A DNA stretch of 64,000 nucleotides, from contig DHKP01000011.1 of the NCBI GenBank assembly GCA_002404865.1, forward strand, positions 5,791 through 69,790, given 5' to 3'. The position numbers were made by a program, and so were the translations under genes. The notes under the pieces were generated by a model. That model saw nothing but the letters and a program-made list of their open reading frames with translations, was not told the DNA's origin and ran no database searches. This document shows, piece by piece, positions 1 through 9,618 of this stretch (the stretch's first letter is position 1; every line of letters begins with the position of its first letter). The stretch comes from Bacillales bacterium UBA4691. Its GTDB lineage: Bacteria; Bacillota_I; Bacilli_A; RFN20; CAG-826.

Positions 1-1421
1 ACGCAATTTATTTTACGAATCTATTGCTTGCCTATTGCGACGCCAAAGCTCCATATGAAGGGGAAATAGACGAATCGCACTTTTCTTCTTTACAAGTTCC
101 TGATGAAATCGTGGATGATTTCGTATCTTATTTTGTTTCGAAAGGCATTGATGAGGGGGAAGCTTCTAGAAAAGCGACCTATATCATGGGGATTCTTTCT
201 CCTCTACCTAGCGAAGTGAATTCAGCTTTCTTCTCTTTGTATCGTGACGATCCCTCTCATGCGACGGATTATCTTTATCGTTTATCAATCGCTAACGATT
301 ACATTGCTAAAACCAAAGTTGATAAAAATGAAGTATGGACCGCCACCTATCCATCTTCCCCATCCTTGGAGATTTCGATTAATCTTTCGAAACCGGAGAA
401 AAACAATAAAGACATTGCAAAATTGGTGAAAGCCCCTTCGACTAATTCCTATCCTCGATGCGTTTTATGCAAAGAGAATCTCGGCTTTGAAGGGAATAGC
501 CATCATCCAGCTCGCGAAAACATCCGTATCATTCCTTTGACCTTGGCGGGCGGAAGGTGGTATTTCCAATATTCCCCTTATGTCTATTATTATGAGCATT
601 GCATTCTTTTCTATGAAAAGCACATTCCGATGGAGATTTCTCCTTGGACGATGACTTGCCTGTTTGATTTCGTGGATCAATTTCCTCATTTCTTTATCGG
701 CAGCAATAGCGATATTCCGATTGTAGGCGGATCGATTCTAAATCACGAGCACTTCCAAGGCGGCGCGCACTTATTGCCTTTACTTTTAGCGAAAGACAAG
801 GAAATCATCCCTTCTTTCTATAAAAACACGACCATTTCGATTGTGGATTTCTATGATACGGCAATTCGCTTAAAGGGGACTGACCGTGACGAGATGCTTT
901 TATTAGCCTCTGCGATTTTAGAAAAGTGGCTTCATTATAACGATTTAGAAAACTTCATTATTAGTGAAGACGAAGAGGGTCGGCATAACGCGATTACGCC
1001 TTTATTAAGGAAAAACGGAAATCAATACGAGATGACATTGATTTTGCGGAATAATAAATGCGATGAAACTTATCCTGATGGCATCTTCCACGCCCATAAA
1101 GAATATCATCACATTAAAAAAGAGGGGATTGGCTTAATTGAGGCAGCGGGTTTATTTATTCTGCCTGCTAGACTTAAACGGCAATGTCTACAAGTGGAAG
1201 AAGTGATCAAAAAAAGTTATTCCGAAGAAGAATATCTTAAAATTTATCCTGATTTAAAGATCTTCAAAGATATGATTATAGAAATGAAAGAAAAAAGAAT
1301 GACAAGCCGAGAATATATTAATGAAGTATGCCGAAGAATCCTAAACAATGTCGCCGTATTTAAGAACGATGAAAAGGGAAATAGCGGTTTACATAAATTC
1401 TTAAAGGAGGTTACCAAATGA
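1..1421 (+). CDS. galT: UDP-glucose--hexose-1-phosphate uridylyltransferase (Firmicute type-2 GalT), 5' end cut by window edge
   Basis: The frame is open back to nt 3 (AIYFTNLLLAYCD...), so the TTG at 24 is probably not the true start. Has the HIT-like motif LNHEHFQGG. The TGA stop overlaps the galK ATG (ATGA). Confidence 0.85.
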   Translation, partial: AIYFTNLLLAYCDAKAPYEGEIDESHFSSLQVPDEIVDDFVSYFVSKGIDEGEASRKATYIMGILSPLPSEVNSAFFSLYRDDPSHATDYLYRLSIANDYIAKTKVDKNEVWTATYPSSPSLEISINLSKPEKNNKDIAKLVKAPSTNSYPRCVLCKENLGFEGNSHHPARENIRIIPLTLAGGRWYFQYSPYVYYYEHCILFYEKHIPMEISPWTMTCLFDFVDQFPHFFIGSNSDIPIVGGSILNHEHFQGGAHLLPLLLAKDKEIIPSFYKNTTISIVDFYDTAIRLKGTDRDEMLLLASAILEKWLHYNDLENFIISEDEEGRHNAITPLLRKNGNQYEMTLILRNNKCDETYPDGIFHAHKEYHHIKKEGIGLIEAAGLFILPARLKRQCLQVEEVIKKSYSEEEYLKIYPDLKIFKDMIIEMKEKRMTSREYINEVCRRILNNVAVFKNDEKGNSGLHKFLKEVTK

Positions 1422-2602
1422 CGGATATAGAAGCATTCACAAAAGCAGAAGCGCTTTTTGAAAAAGCCTTCAAACATAGTCCGAAAATTAAAGAGATATC
1501 CTATGGTCGACTTGAGATTTTAGGGAATCACACCGACCATCAACAAGGAAAATGCCTTGTTGCTACGTGCAGTTTAGGGATTAGAGGCTATATTGAAAAA
1601 GCGGATGATAAAATTTCCATTAATAGTGACGGATATCCTTTATTCTCCTTTTCGGTTAATAATTTGAAGAAAGTGGAGAGCGAGAAATTCACTGCGAAAA
1701 GCTTGACGCGTGGCGTTACTAGCGCTCTGGCAAGAATGGGCTATAAAGTCGGTGGCTTTAACGCCGCCTTAACGAGCGATATTTTCCCAGGCGCTGGCGT
1801 TTCTAGCAGTGCTGCTTTCGAATTATTCATCGCGGAAGCCTTAAATTATCTATATAACGATGACAAGATTTCCAAAATGGATATGGCACTAGCCGGCCAA
1901 TACGCCGAAAACGTCTATTTTGGTAAGGCGAGCGGATTGCTTGATCAATGCGGGAGCGCATATGGCGGAATCGCTTATTTAGATTTCGCAGATAAGAATA
2001 AGCCGCTTGTTTCGCCTTTGGCTTTCCCTTCTATCTGGGATTTATCCATTATCCTTGTAAATCCTGGCGCTTCTCACGCGGGATTGAGCGATTTATATAG
2101 CGAAATGCCATTCGATATGAAAAACGTCGCGAAGACCCTTTTCCATAAAGATGTTCTTGGGGAAGTGGATGAAACTTTATTCGTTGATGCGCTAAGCAAA
2201 GGAGAAGAAGGACTAGTTTCCTCACGTGCTTTAGACCGCGCCCGTCACTTTTATGGTGAAGAAAAACGCGTCCTTCGAGCGAAAGACGCTATCCTCTCTA
2301 ATAATCGCGATGCTTTCTTAGAATTAGAGCGAGAAACCGAACTTTCGCAAGAAACGTTGCTTAAAAACGTCATGATCCCCTCTAAATTCTCGGGTAGCCC
2401 ACTAGAAGCCGTTATGCGCGCGAATTTATTTTTAAAGAAAGGCGCTTCCCGCGTCATGGGTGGCGGTTTAGTCGGAACAACCATCAACTTTGTGCCAAAA
2501 GATGAACTCTTAGACTTTTTGAACGGCATGAAACGCTACTACAAAGAAAGCAGCATCGTAGAAGTGAAAATTCCACCTCTTGGTGCGCATATTGAAGAAT
2601 AG
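1418..2602 (+). CDS. galK: galactokinase
   Basis: GHMP-kinase and galactokinase signatures GRLEILGNHTDHQQG and PGAGVSSSAA. Translationally coupled to galT. Confidence 0.9.
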   Translation: MTDIEAFTKAEALFEKAFKHSPKIKEISYGRLEILGNHTDHQQGKCLVATCSLGIRGYIEKADDKISINSDGYPLFSFSVNNLKKVESEKFTAKSLTRGVTSALARMGYKVGGFNAALTSDIFPGAGVSSSAAFELFIAEALNYLYNDDKISKMDMALAGQYAENVYFGKASGLLDQCGSAYGGIAYLDFADKNKPLVSPLAFPSIWDLSIILVNPGASHAGLSDLYSEMPFDMKNVAKTLFHKDVLGEVDETLFVDALSKGEEGLVSSRALDRARHFYGEEKRVLRAKDAILSNNRDAFLELERETELSQETLLKNVMIPSKFSGSPLEAVMRANLFLKKGASRVMGGGLVGTTINFVPKDELLDFLNGMKRYYKESSIVEVKIPPLGAHIEE

Positions 2603-2611
2603 AGGGATCAT

Positions 2612-4081
2612 ATGGAACGTTATGCAGGGGTTCTTTGCCCCGTTAGTGCCTTGCCTTCCCGTTTTGGGATCGGAGATTTTGGCAAAGAATCATTCAAATT
2701 CGTGGACTTATTAGCGGAAAACGGGTTTCATTTATGGCAAATTTTGCCTTTGAATCCCATTGGCTATGGCCATTCTCCCTACCAACCGTTTTCTAGTTTC
2801 GCTTTAGACGAAATCTATCTTGATTTAGATGATTTGTTTCGAAAGCATCTCATCGATAAGCCAATGGCTTTTCGCGAAAAAGAGCAACGCGTCGATTACG
2901 AAGCGATTCGTGACTATAAGCGCCCTCTTTTCTTTAAAGCTTTTCTTCAAGAAATGGCTCTTGACCATCATTGCCTAGACGCTTTTATTGTTTCTCATTC
3001 TTGGGTAAAAAATTGGTCCATTTTTATGTCGATGAAGCGGAGCGAAAATAATGCGAGCTGGAATCGTTGGCCTCTAGAAAAAATCAATAAAATCAAAGGA
3101 GGATACGAATCTCTTTCTCTAAAAGAAAAAGAAGCAGCTGATTATGAAATTTGGTTACAGAAAACCCTTTATGAAGAGTGGGAAAATTTAAAGAATTACG
3201 CAAATAAAAAAGGAATCCGCATTATTGGCGATCTTCCTTTTTATGTCGGATATGATAGCTGCGATGTCTATGAAGCCCAGGATGAGTTCTTGCTCGATGC
3301 TGATCGAAAGCCTAGTTGGATAAGCGGAGTGCCACCGGATTATTTTTCCAAAACAGGCCAAAGATGGGGGAACCCGATCTATAACTGGGATAAATTAAAA
3401 GAAGATAATTACGCTTTAATTTTAAACCGTATCAAAAATAACGCTCATCTTTACGATATTCTTCGTCTTGACCATTTCCGTGCGTTCGATACCTATTGGA
3501 AAATCCCCGCTTCTTGTCCAACTGCGATTGATGGGTCTTGGGTAGAGGCACCTGGCTATGAAGTATTTGATTTATTAAAGAAGGAAATGCCAGATGCCCA
3601 AATTTTAGCGGAAGACTTAGGGGAATTACGTCCAGAAGTATTGTTGCTACGCGACCATTATCATTTTCCTGGGATGAACGTTGTTCAATTCACGTTTATC
3701 GATAGTGAGGTTCATCACGTCACTCATTATAAAAAAGAGAATATGGTTGCCTATCTAGGGACGCACGATAATGACACAACGAAAGGTTTCTATCTTTCTT
3801 TAAGCGAAAAAGACAAGGAACTTTGGAATGAAATTTTGAAGACTCTTGGGTTCCTAGAAGGGGATTTCTTAGATAAACTTATCGCTTATGAGCTTGCTTT
3901 ACCTGCTAAATACGCTCTACTTTCCCTCCAAGACGTCCTTAAACTCGGGAGTGAAGCACGCTTGAACGTTCCTAGCGTCATCGATAAGATTAATTGGACT
4001 TGGAGAATCGCTGACTATTCGTTAGTGAAAGAGCGCCTCCATTCCTTATTCCCATTATTAGAAAGATATAAACGTTTATGA
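2612..4081 (+). CDS. malQ: 4-alpha-glucanotransferase (amylomaltase, GH77)
   Basis: Motifs GIGDFG, ILPLNP, LRLDHFRAF, AEDLGEL and YLGTHDNDT. 489 aa is a typical length. Confidence 0.9.
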   Translation: MERYAGVLCPVSALPSRFGIGDFGKESFKFVDLLAENGFHLWQILPLNPIGYGHSPYQPFSSFALDEIYLDLDDLFRKHLIDKPMAFREKEQRVDYEAIRDYKRPLFFKAFLQEMALDHHCLDAFIVSHSWVKNWSIFMSMKRSENNASWNRWPLEKINKIKGGYESLSLKEKEAADYEIWLQKTLYEEWENLKNYANKKGIRIIGDLPFYVGYDSCDVYEAQDEFLLDADRKPSWISGVPPDYFSKTGQRWGNPIYNWDKLKEDNYALILNRIKNNAHLYDILRLDHFRAFDTYWKIPASCPTAIDGSWVEAPGYEVFDLLKKEMPDAQILAEDLGELRPEVLLLRDHYHFPGMNVVQFTFIDSEVHHVTHYKKENMVAYLGTHDNDTTKGFYLSLSEKDKELWNEILKTLGFLEGDFLDKLIAYELALPAKYALLSLQDVLKLGSEARLNVPSVIDKINWTWRIADYSLVKERLHSLFPLLERYKRL

Positions 4082-5382
4082 TTAAAATTGGTGTTGTTTC
4101 TTTAGGATGCAGCAAAAATCTCGTCGATAGTGAGATGATGCTTGCGATGTTTCGCGATGGTGATTACAAAATCGTTAGCAATCCTAAAGAGGCGGATCTC
4201 ATTATTGTCAATACTTGCGGATTCATCAAAGACGCGAAAAAAGAAGCCATTGAGAAGATTCTCGAGATGAGCCATTATGAGGCAAAGCTTGTGGCCACCG
4301 GATGCTTTGTCGAAAGAAACCTTGATGAACTAAAAAAAGCAATTCCTGAAGTGGATGCTTGGGTTCCTTTGCGGGAATATTCTCATCTTCACGAGATTAT
4401 TTCTTCTTTGCTCAATCGGAACGATATCGTTCCTCTTTCTCCCCTATGGCGCGTCGTTTCTACTGGCGATTTTTCTGCCTATCTTCGAATTAGCGAAGGC
4501 TGCAACAATATGTGCTCTTTTTGCGCGATTCCTTATATTCGCGGACGATACTTGTCGCGACCGTTTGACGAAATCCTTTTTGAAGCGAAAAAGCTAAAAG
4601 AAGAAGGAATTAAAGAAATTTCCATCATTTCGCAAGATCCTATGCATTATGGGTGCGATTTTCCGAATAAGAAACCTGATATGCTAGATTTATTAAAAGC
4701 GATCGACGGGATTGGGTTTTATTCGGTTCGTTTGCTCTATTTATATCCGGAAGAAATTACTGATGAAGAGCTTCTTTTCATTCGTGATTCAAAAACGATT
4801 GAACCGTATTTTGATGTTCCGATTCAATGCGCGAGCAATCATCTTCTTAAACTTATGAATCGACATGGAAGTAAAGAAGAGATGCTTTCTTTATTTCTTC
4901 GAATCAAGGAACTGATGCCAAGCGCCATTTTGCGGACCACTCTCATCAGTGGCTTCCCTATGGAAAGCGAATTCGATCACTTAGAAGCGCTAGACTTTAT
5001 TAAAAAAGTCCGTTTCGACCATCTAGGCGATTTCATTTATTCGCGCGAAGAAGGAACTGCCGCATACTCATTCAAGGACCAAATCCCTTATATGACGAAA
5101 AAAAGACGTCAAAAAGAGATTATGGAACTTGCGCAAAAGATCTCGTATGAAAACAACAAGACTCATATTGGCGAAGCGATGGAAGGCTTAGTCATCGGTT
5201 TCGATGAAGTTCATCATCGCTACTCCTTAAGAAGCTATTGGAACGCTCCGGATGATATCGACGGTAACATTTTCTTCACTTCTAACGAAACTCTTAAATT
5301 AGGGGAAGTGGTCGAAGTAAGAATAACCGATTCTTCCGTTTATGATTTGTTTGGCGAATTTGTCTCCAAAATAGCGGAATGA
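4078..5382 (+). CDS. rimO: ribosomal protein S12 methylthiotransferase (radical SAM MTTase)
   Basis: N-terminal LGCSKNLVDSE, radical-SAM CNNMCSFC (CxxxCxxC) and a C-terminal TRAM-like tail. The ATG overlaps the malQ TGA. Confidence 0.8.
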   Translation: MIKIGVVSLGCSKNLVDSEMMLAMFRDGDYKIVSNPKEADLIIVNTCGFIKDAKKEAIEKILEMSHYEAKLVATGCFVERNLDELKKAIPEVDAWVPLREYSHLHEIISSLLNRNDIVPLSPLWRVVSTGDFSAYLRISEGCNNMCSFCAIPYIRGRYLSRPFDEILFEAKKLKEEGIKEISIISQDPMHYGCDFPNKKPDMLDLLKAIDGIGFYSVRLLYLYPEEITDEELLFIRDSKTIEPYFDVPIQCASNHLLKLMNRHGSKEEMLSLFLRIKELMPSAILRTTLISGFPMESEFDHLEALDFIKKVRFDHLGDFIYSREEGTAAYSFKDQIPYMTKKRRQKEIMELAQKISYENNKTHIGEAMEGLVIGFDEVHHRYSLRSYWNAPDDIDGNIFFTSNETLKLGEVVEVRITDSSVYDLFGEFVSKIAE

Positions 5383-5409
5383 AATTTCATCATTTCCCTT
5401 CTTTTTGCC

Positions 5410-5438
5410 TTGATTAGCAAGGAAGACTAACTTATAAT
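5410..5438 (+). promoter_or_regulatory. sigma-A type promoter for the tRNA-Thr gene
   Basis: TTGATT (5410-5415), a 17-nt spacer, then TATAAT (5433-5438), about 27 nt upstream of the tRNA 5' end. Confidence 0.6.
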
Positions 5439-5465
5439 CACTCTCGCAAGATTTTCTTGCGAATC

Positions 5466-5539
5466 GCCCCGCTAGTTAAACGGTATAACGGGTCCATGGT
5501 AAGGACCAATCCGTAGTTCGACTCTGCGGCGGGGCACCA
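5466..5539 (+). tRNA. tRNA-Thr (anticodon GGU), CCA encoded
   Basis: Hand-folded cloverleaf. Acceptor stem GCCCCGC/GCGGGGC, D stem GTTA/TAAC with a GG loop, anticodon stem GGTCC/GGACC with loop A-T-GGT-A-A, T arm CGTAG-TTCGACT-CTGCG, discriminator A plus CCA. 74 nt. Confidence 0.9.
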
Positions 5540-5550
5540 AATGTTAAAAG

Positions 5551-5578
5551 CCTCGATAGAACGAGGTTTTATTTTTTT
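5551..5578 (+). terminator. intrinsic terminator after tRNA-Thr
   Basis: CCTCG-atagaa-CGAGG hairpin followed by TTTTATTTTTTT. Confidence 0.7.
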
Positions 5579-5682
5579 GAGGGAACATTCCGGAAATTTC
5601 CGTGAAAAATTCTTCTATGGTCTTTTGTCCTTTAAGCTCATTTGATTTCGGAAGGACTATTTCATTGCTTATCGTTTCCGTG

Positions 5683-5712
5683 AATTTTCTTTAATTTTCT
5701 TTAATTTTCATT
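5683..5712 (+). repeat. three tandem 10-bp A/T-tract units (AATTTTCTTT x2, AATTTTCATT)
   Basis: Read directly from the sequence. The period is exactly 10 bp. It lies about 135-165 bp upstream of the pnp start. Confidence 0.8.
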
Positions 5713-5845
5713 TAGTTTCCCTCTTTGTTCTAAAACTATCTTCTTGAATCACCATATTCGTTTTCTTGCATTTCCTTATCTTTTGTATCTCAGGCGCAAA
5801 CTTTTATGGTAAGATTGACGGCGTTAAATTAAGGAAAAAGGAAAA

Positions 5846-8056
5846 ATGAAAAAAACATTCGAACTCGACTTTGAAGGAAGAAAAATTATCGTCGAGACCG
5901 GAGAGATCGCAAAACAAGCCGATGGTGCGACCTTCATCCGCTTCGGAGACACCGTCGTTTTATCGACTGCTTGCTGCTCCGACAATCCAAAGGAAGGGGA
6001 TTTTTTCCCTCTTACCGTCGACTATATCGAAAAACAATACGCCATTGGAAAGATTCCTCAATCTTTCCTTCGCCGAGAAGGAAGGCCAGACGAACACGGC
6101 ATCTTAAGCGCCCGTCTTATCGACCGTCCAATTCGCCCTTTATTCGCAGAAGGCTTCCGCAATGAAGTTCAACTCGTCAATACGGTGATGAGCTGCGATC
6201 CAGATTATTCCCCCGAAATGACCGCTATGCTTGGCTCTTCGCTAGCCCTTTGCATCAGTGATATTCCTTTTGATGGGCCTGTAGCTGGAGTCATCGTTGC
6301 TAGAGTCGATGGAAAATTCGTTATTGACCCAACCGCTAAAGAAAAAGAGCAAAGCGATATCAATTTGACTGTCGCCGGAACCAAAGACGCTATTATGATG
6401 GTGGAAGCTGGGGCGAAAGAAGTTCCAGAAGAAGAGATGCTTGATGCCATTATGTTCGGTCATGAAGCGATCAAAAAACTTTGTGCCTTCCAAGAATCTA
6501 TCATCAAAGAAATCGGTCGCGAAAAACGTCAAATCGATCTTTACGCGCCAGATATCGAAGTCAAAAAAGACATCGAAAACCGCATTGGTGAAAGAATGGT
6601 TAAGGCCATTTCTATCTTTGATAAGCTCGAACGTCAAGACGCAATCGATGCATTAAAGAACGAAATTCTTGAAGACTATGATTCCCACAAATACGAAAAC
6701 GAAAAAGTCCACATGAAGACCATGATGATGGTTAATGACATTCTCGAACAAATGGTCGCGAATGAAGTTCGCCGTCTTATTACCGAAGAAAAGATTCGTC
6801 CTGATGGCAGAAAAGTGGATGAAATCCGTCCGCTAAACGCCCAAATCGATTTACTTCCTCGCGCCCATGGTAGCGCGATGTTCACTCGTGGGCAAACCCA
6901 AGTCATCTCTACAACGACTTTAGGGCCGCTTAGTGACGCTCAACTTATTGATAATCTCACTGGCGAATCCGAGAAGAGATTCATGCATCAATACAATTTC
7001 CCGCCTTATAGCGTTGGCGAGATCGGCCGTATTGGCACTCCAGGTCGTAGAGAAATCGGACATGGCGCATTAGGAGAAAGAGCCCTTTCTTATGTTTTGC
7101 CAAGCGTCGAAGAATTCCCATACACCATTCGTACGGTAGCCGATGTCGTTGAATCCAACGGTTCTAGCTCCCAAGCGTCGATTTGCGCTGGGTGTATGAG
7201 CTTGATGGCGGCTGGCGTTCCAATCAAAGGGATTGTAAGCGGGATCGCCATGGGCTTAATTTCTAGTGGCCCATTCGATGGCAAACACCCTTATACCATC
7301 CTTACCGATATTCAAGGGTTAGAAGACCACTTCGGAGATATGGATTTTAAGTGCGCGGGAACCGAAAAAGGCTTAACCGCCCTTCAAATGGATATCAAGA
7401 TACATGGTGTAACGCGCGAAGTTCTTAGCGAGGCTCTCGCACAAGCCAATAAAGCCCGTGCTGAGATTCGCGAAGTCCTTAAAGCAGCTATTCCTGAACC
7501 TCGCAAAGAAGTCAGCAAATACGCGCCGAAAATGGTTCACTTCACCATTGATCCTGACAAGATTAGAGATGTTATTGGAACGGGTGGAAAAGTCATCAAT
7601 GATATCATTGCCCAATGCGATAATGTTAAAATCGATGTTGAAGATAGCGGCGATGTTACCATTTATCATGTCGATCGCGAGATGATTAATAAAGCGAAAG
7701 ATATGATTGAAAATATCGTTCGCGAAGCAAAGGTCGGCGAAATTTATGAAGGCACCGTGACTCGCGTTGAAAATTATGGGGCATTCGTAAATCTATTCGG
7801 CGATACTGATGGGCTATGTCACGTATCTCGCCTTGATTGGAAATATGTTGAAGATGCGACAAAAGCCGTCAAAGTCGGTGACAAACTCAAAGTTGTCGTC
7901 ATCGGCATTGAAGATGGCAAAGTCAAAGTTTCCCATCGTGAGTTCTTAGATAAACCCGCTGATTATGTCGAGCGTCCAGAACGCCCAAATAAACCAAATG
8001 GGTCCTTCCATGGAGGACATCGACGCGATGACCACAAAGGTGGAAACCGTCACTAA
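5846..8056 (+). CDS. pnp: polyribonucleotide nucleotidyltransferase (PNPase)
   Basis: Two RNase PH domains, then KH, then an S1 domain (GEIYEGTVTRVENYGAFV). 736 aa. SD AAGGAAAAAGGAAAAATG. Confidence 0.95.
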   Translation: MKKTFELDFEGRKIIVETGEIAKQADGATFIRFGDTVVLSTACCSDNPKEGDFFPLTVDYIEKQYAIGKIPQSFLRREGRPDEHGILSARLIDRPIRPLFAEGFRNEVQLVNTVMSCDPDYSPEMTAMLGSSLALCISDIPFDGPVAGVIVARVDGKFVIDPTAKEKEQSDINLTVAGTKDAIMMVEAGAKEVPEEEMLDAIMFGHEAIKKLCAFQESIIKEIGREKRQIDLYAPDIEVKKDIENRIGERMVKAISIFDKLERQDAIDALKNEILEDYDSHKYENEKVHMKTMMMVNDILEQMVANEVRRLITEEKIRPDGRKVDEIRPLNAQIDLLPRAHGSAMFTRGQTQVISTTTLGPLSDAQLIDNLTGESEKRFMHQYNFPPYSVGEIGRIGTPGRREIGHGALGERALSYVLPSVEEFPYTIRTVADVVESNGSSSQASICAGCMSLMAAGVPIKGIVSGIAMGLISSGPFDGKHPYTILTDIQGLEDHFGDMDFKCAGTEKGLTALQMDIKIHGVTREVLSEALAQANKARAEIREVLKAAIPEPRKEVSKYAPKMVHFTIDPDKIRDVIGTGGKVINDIIAQCDNVKIDVEDSGDVTIYHVDREMINKAKDMIENIVREAKVGEIYEGTVTRVENYGAFVNLFGDTDGLCHVSRLDWKYVEDATKAVKVGDKLKVVVIGIEDGKVKVSHREFLDKPADYVERPERPNKPNGSFHGGHRRDDHKGGNRH

Positions 8057-8065
8057 TCCTTAATA

Positions 8066-8112
8066 AAAGCGAGCAAGAGCGGAAAGGAATTTCCTTCTTC
8101 TCGCTTTTTTCT
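8066..8112 (+). terminator. intrinsic terminator after pnp
   Basis: Long hairpin AGCGAG-AAGA...GGAAA-GGAA-TTTCC...TCTT-CTCGCT followed by TTTTTT. Confidence 0.7.
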
Positions 8113-8178
8113 ATTTATGAAGGAAAATAGGCGTGTGTTTTCGCCTACTTTTACGAATTTGTGCTATCATTTTAGCGT

Positions 8179-9618
8179 ATGAAAGATGTAATCATTATCG
8201 GTGCGGGTGCCGTTGGGGCTTTTATTGCTCGAAGTTTATCACGTTACCACGCTTCCGTTCTCGTTTTGGAGAAAGAAAACGATGTATGTGACGTTACGAG
8301 CATGGCTAATAGCGCGATCGCCCATAGCGGGTATGACCCTCTCCCCAATACCAAAAAAGCAAAATTTAATGTTTTAGGAAACCGCATGATGAAAGAAGTC
8401 TGCAAGGATCTTGATGTCCCTTTTAGTGAGTGCGGAACATTAACCGTCGCTTTGGAAGAGAAACAGCTTCCTTTACTGAAAGAACTTCAAGAGCGCGGCG
8501 CTAAGAATAATGTTCCTACGAAACTATTAACGAGCGAAGAAGTAAAGAAAATGGAACCAAACATTAACCCTCTTGCTAAAGGGGGGTTACTTTGCCCAAC
8601 CGGCGGGATAGTCAATCCGTTTTTGCTTGTTACTCATGCGCTTGAAAATGCGCTCGATAACGGTGTTGAACTTGCTTTAAACGAAGAAGTAACTTCTATT
8701 TCTTATATCGATGGACATTTCTTAGTTAAAACGAAAAAGCACGAATACGAAAGCAAAGTGGTGATTAACGCATCAGGCTTGCATAGCGATGATATCGCTA
8801 GAATGATCGAGCCCATATCTTGGAGCATTCATCCTAGAAAAGGCGAATACTATGTTCTTGATCATTTTGCTCTCGGACTAGTAAACCATGTTCTTTTCCC
8901 TCTCCCTAGTGAAAAAGGGAAAGGAATCCTTGTGACGATGACCACTTCTGGGAATGTTCTTATTGGACCGAGCAGTGAGTGGGTTGACGATAAAGAGGAT
9001 ACTTCCACCGACACTTCGACGCTTCTTGCCGTGAAAGAGGGAGCTAAAAATTTAGTGCCTTCGATTCCTTTTGGAGAACAGATTCGGGTTTATAGTGGGC
9101 TTAGAGCGACGCCTTCTACTCATGATTTCATCATTGAACCGAGCAAAAAATACCCTAGTTTCATCAATGTCGCGGGCATAGAAAGCCCTGGGCTAGTCTC
9201 TAGTCCAGCGATTGGGGAATACGTTGTTGAAGAACTAGTCAAAAAAGTGTTGGTACTAAAAGGAAAAAACAACTATCGAAAAGCAGTAAGGCCTTACTTT
9301 AGACCGCAATATATGAGCATTTTGAATCGCAATAAATTAATTCATGAAAATCCTCATTTCGGCAAGATTATCTGCAATTGCGAAAAAGTATCTTTAGGAG
9401 AAATCGAAGACGTTCTCTCTAGAAGCGTTCCTACCAATAGCATCAAAGCTTTAAAGAAGCGCACCCGCGCCGGGTTTGGAAAATGCCAAGGGGGATTTTG
9501 CCAGCCGCTTGTTTTAGAGATTTTAGCCAAGCACAAGGGTATCTCGCCTTTGGAAGTTCTTTATGATGGAGAGGGGAGCGAAATTCTCCTTAGCGAAGTC
9601 AAGAAGGGGGCTAAATGA
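8179..9618 (+). CDS. FAD-dependent oxidoreductase of the glycerol-3-phosphate dehydrogenase/oxidase (GlpA/GlpD-like) type with a C-terminal BFD-like [2Fe-2S] domain
   Basis: N-terminal IIIGAGAVGAF dinucleotide fold. C-terminal CNCEKVSLGEIEDV...GKCQGGFC cysteine pattern. Confidence 0.7.
   Translation: MKDVIIIGAGAVGAFIARSLSRYHASVLVLEKENDVCDVTSMANSAIAHSGYDPLPNTKKAKFNVLGNRMMKEVCKDLDVPFSECGTLTVALEEKQLPLLKELQERGAKNNVPTKLLTSEEVKKMEPNINPLAKGGLLCPTGGIVNPFLLVTHALENALDNGVELALNEEVTSISYIDGHFLVKTKKHEYESKVVINASGLHSDDIARMIEPISWSIHPRKGEYYVLDHFALGLVNHVLFPLPSEKGKGILVTMTTSGNVLIGPSSEWVDDKEDTSTDTSTLLAVKEGAKNLVPSIPFGEQIRVYSGLRATPSTHDFIIEPSKKYPSFINVAGIESPGLVSSPAIGEYVVEELVKKVLVLKGKNNYRKAVRPYFRPQYMSILNRNKLIHENPHFGKIICNCEKVSLGEIEDVLSRSVPTNSIKALKKRTRAGFGKCQGGFCQPLVLEILAKHKGISPLEVLYDGEGSEILLSEVKKGAK

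Noticed and set aside
5580-5845. Possible remnant of an integrated element next to tRNA-Thr.
   Set aside because: I found no repeat of the tRNA 3' end and no integrase fragment that I can recognise. There are only short stop-riddled frames.
6242-6637. 131-aa antisense ORF, plus several 60-100-aa ORFs, inside pnp.
   Set aside because: They are fully embedded in a strongly supported CDS, have no SD, and their composition is typical of antisense frames.
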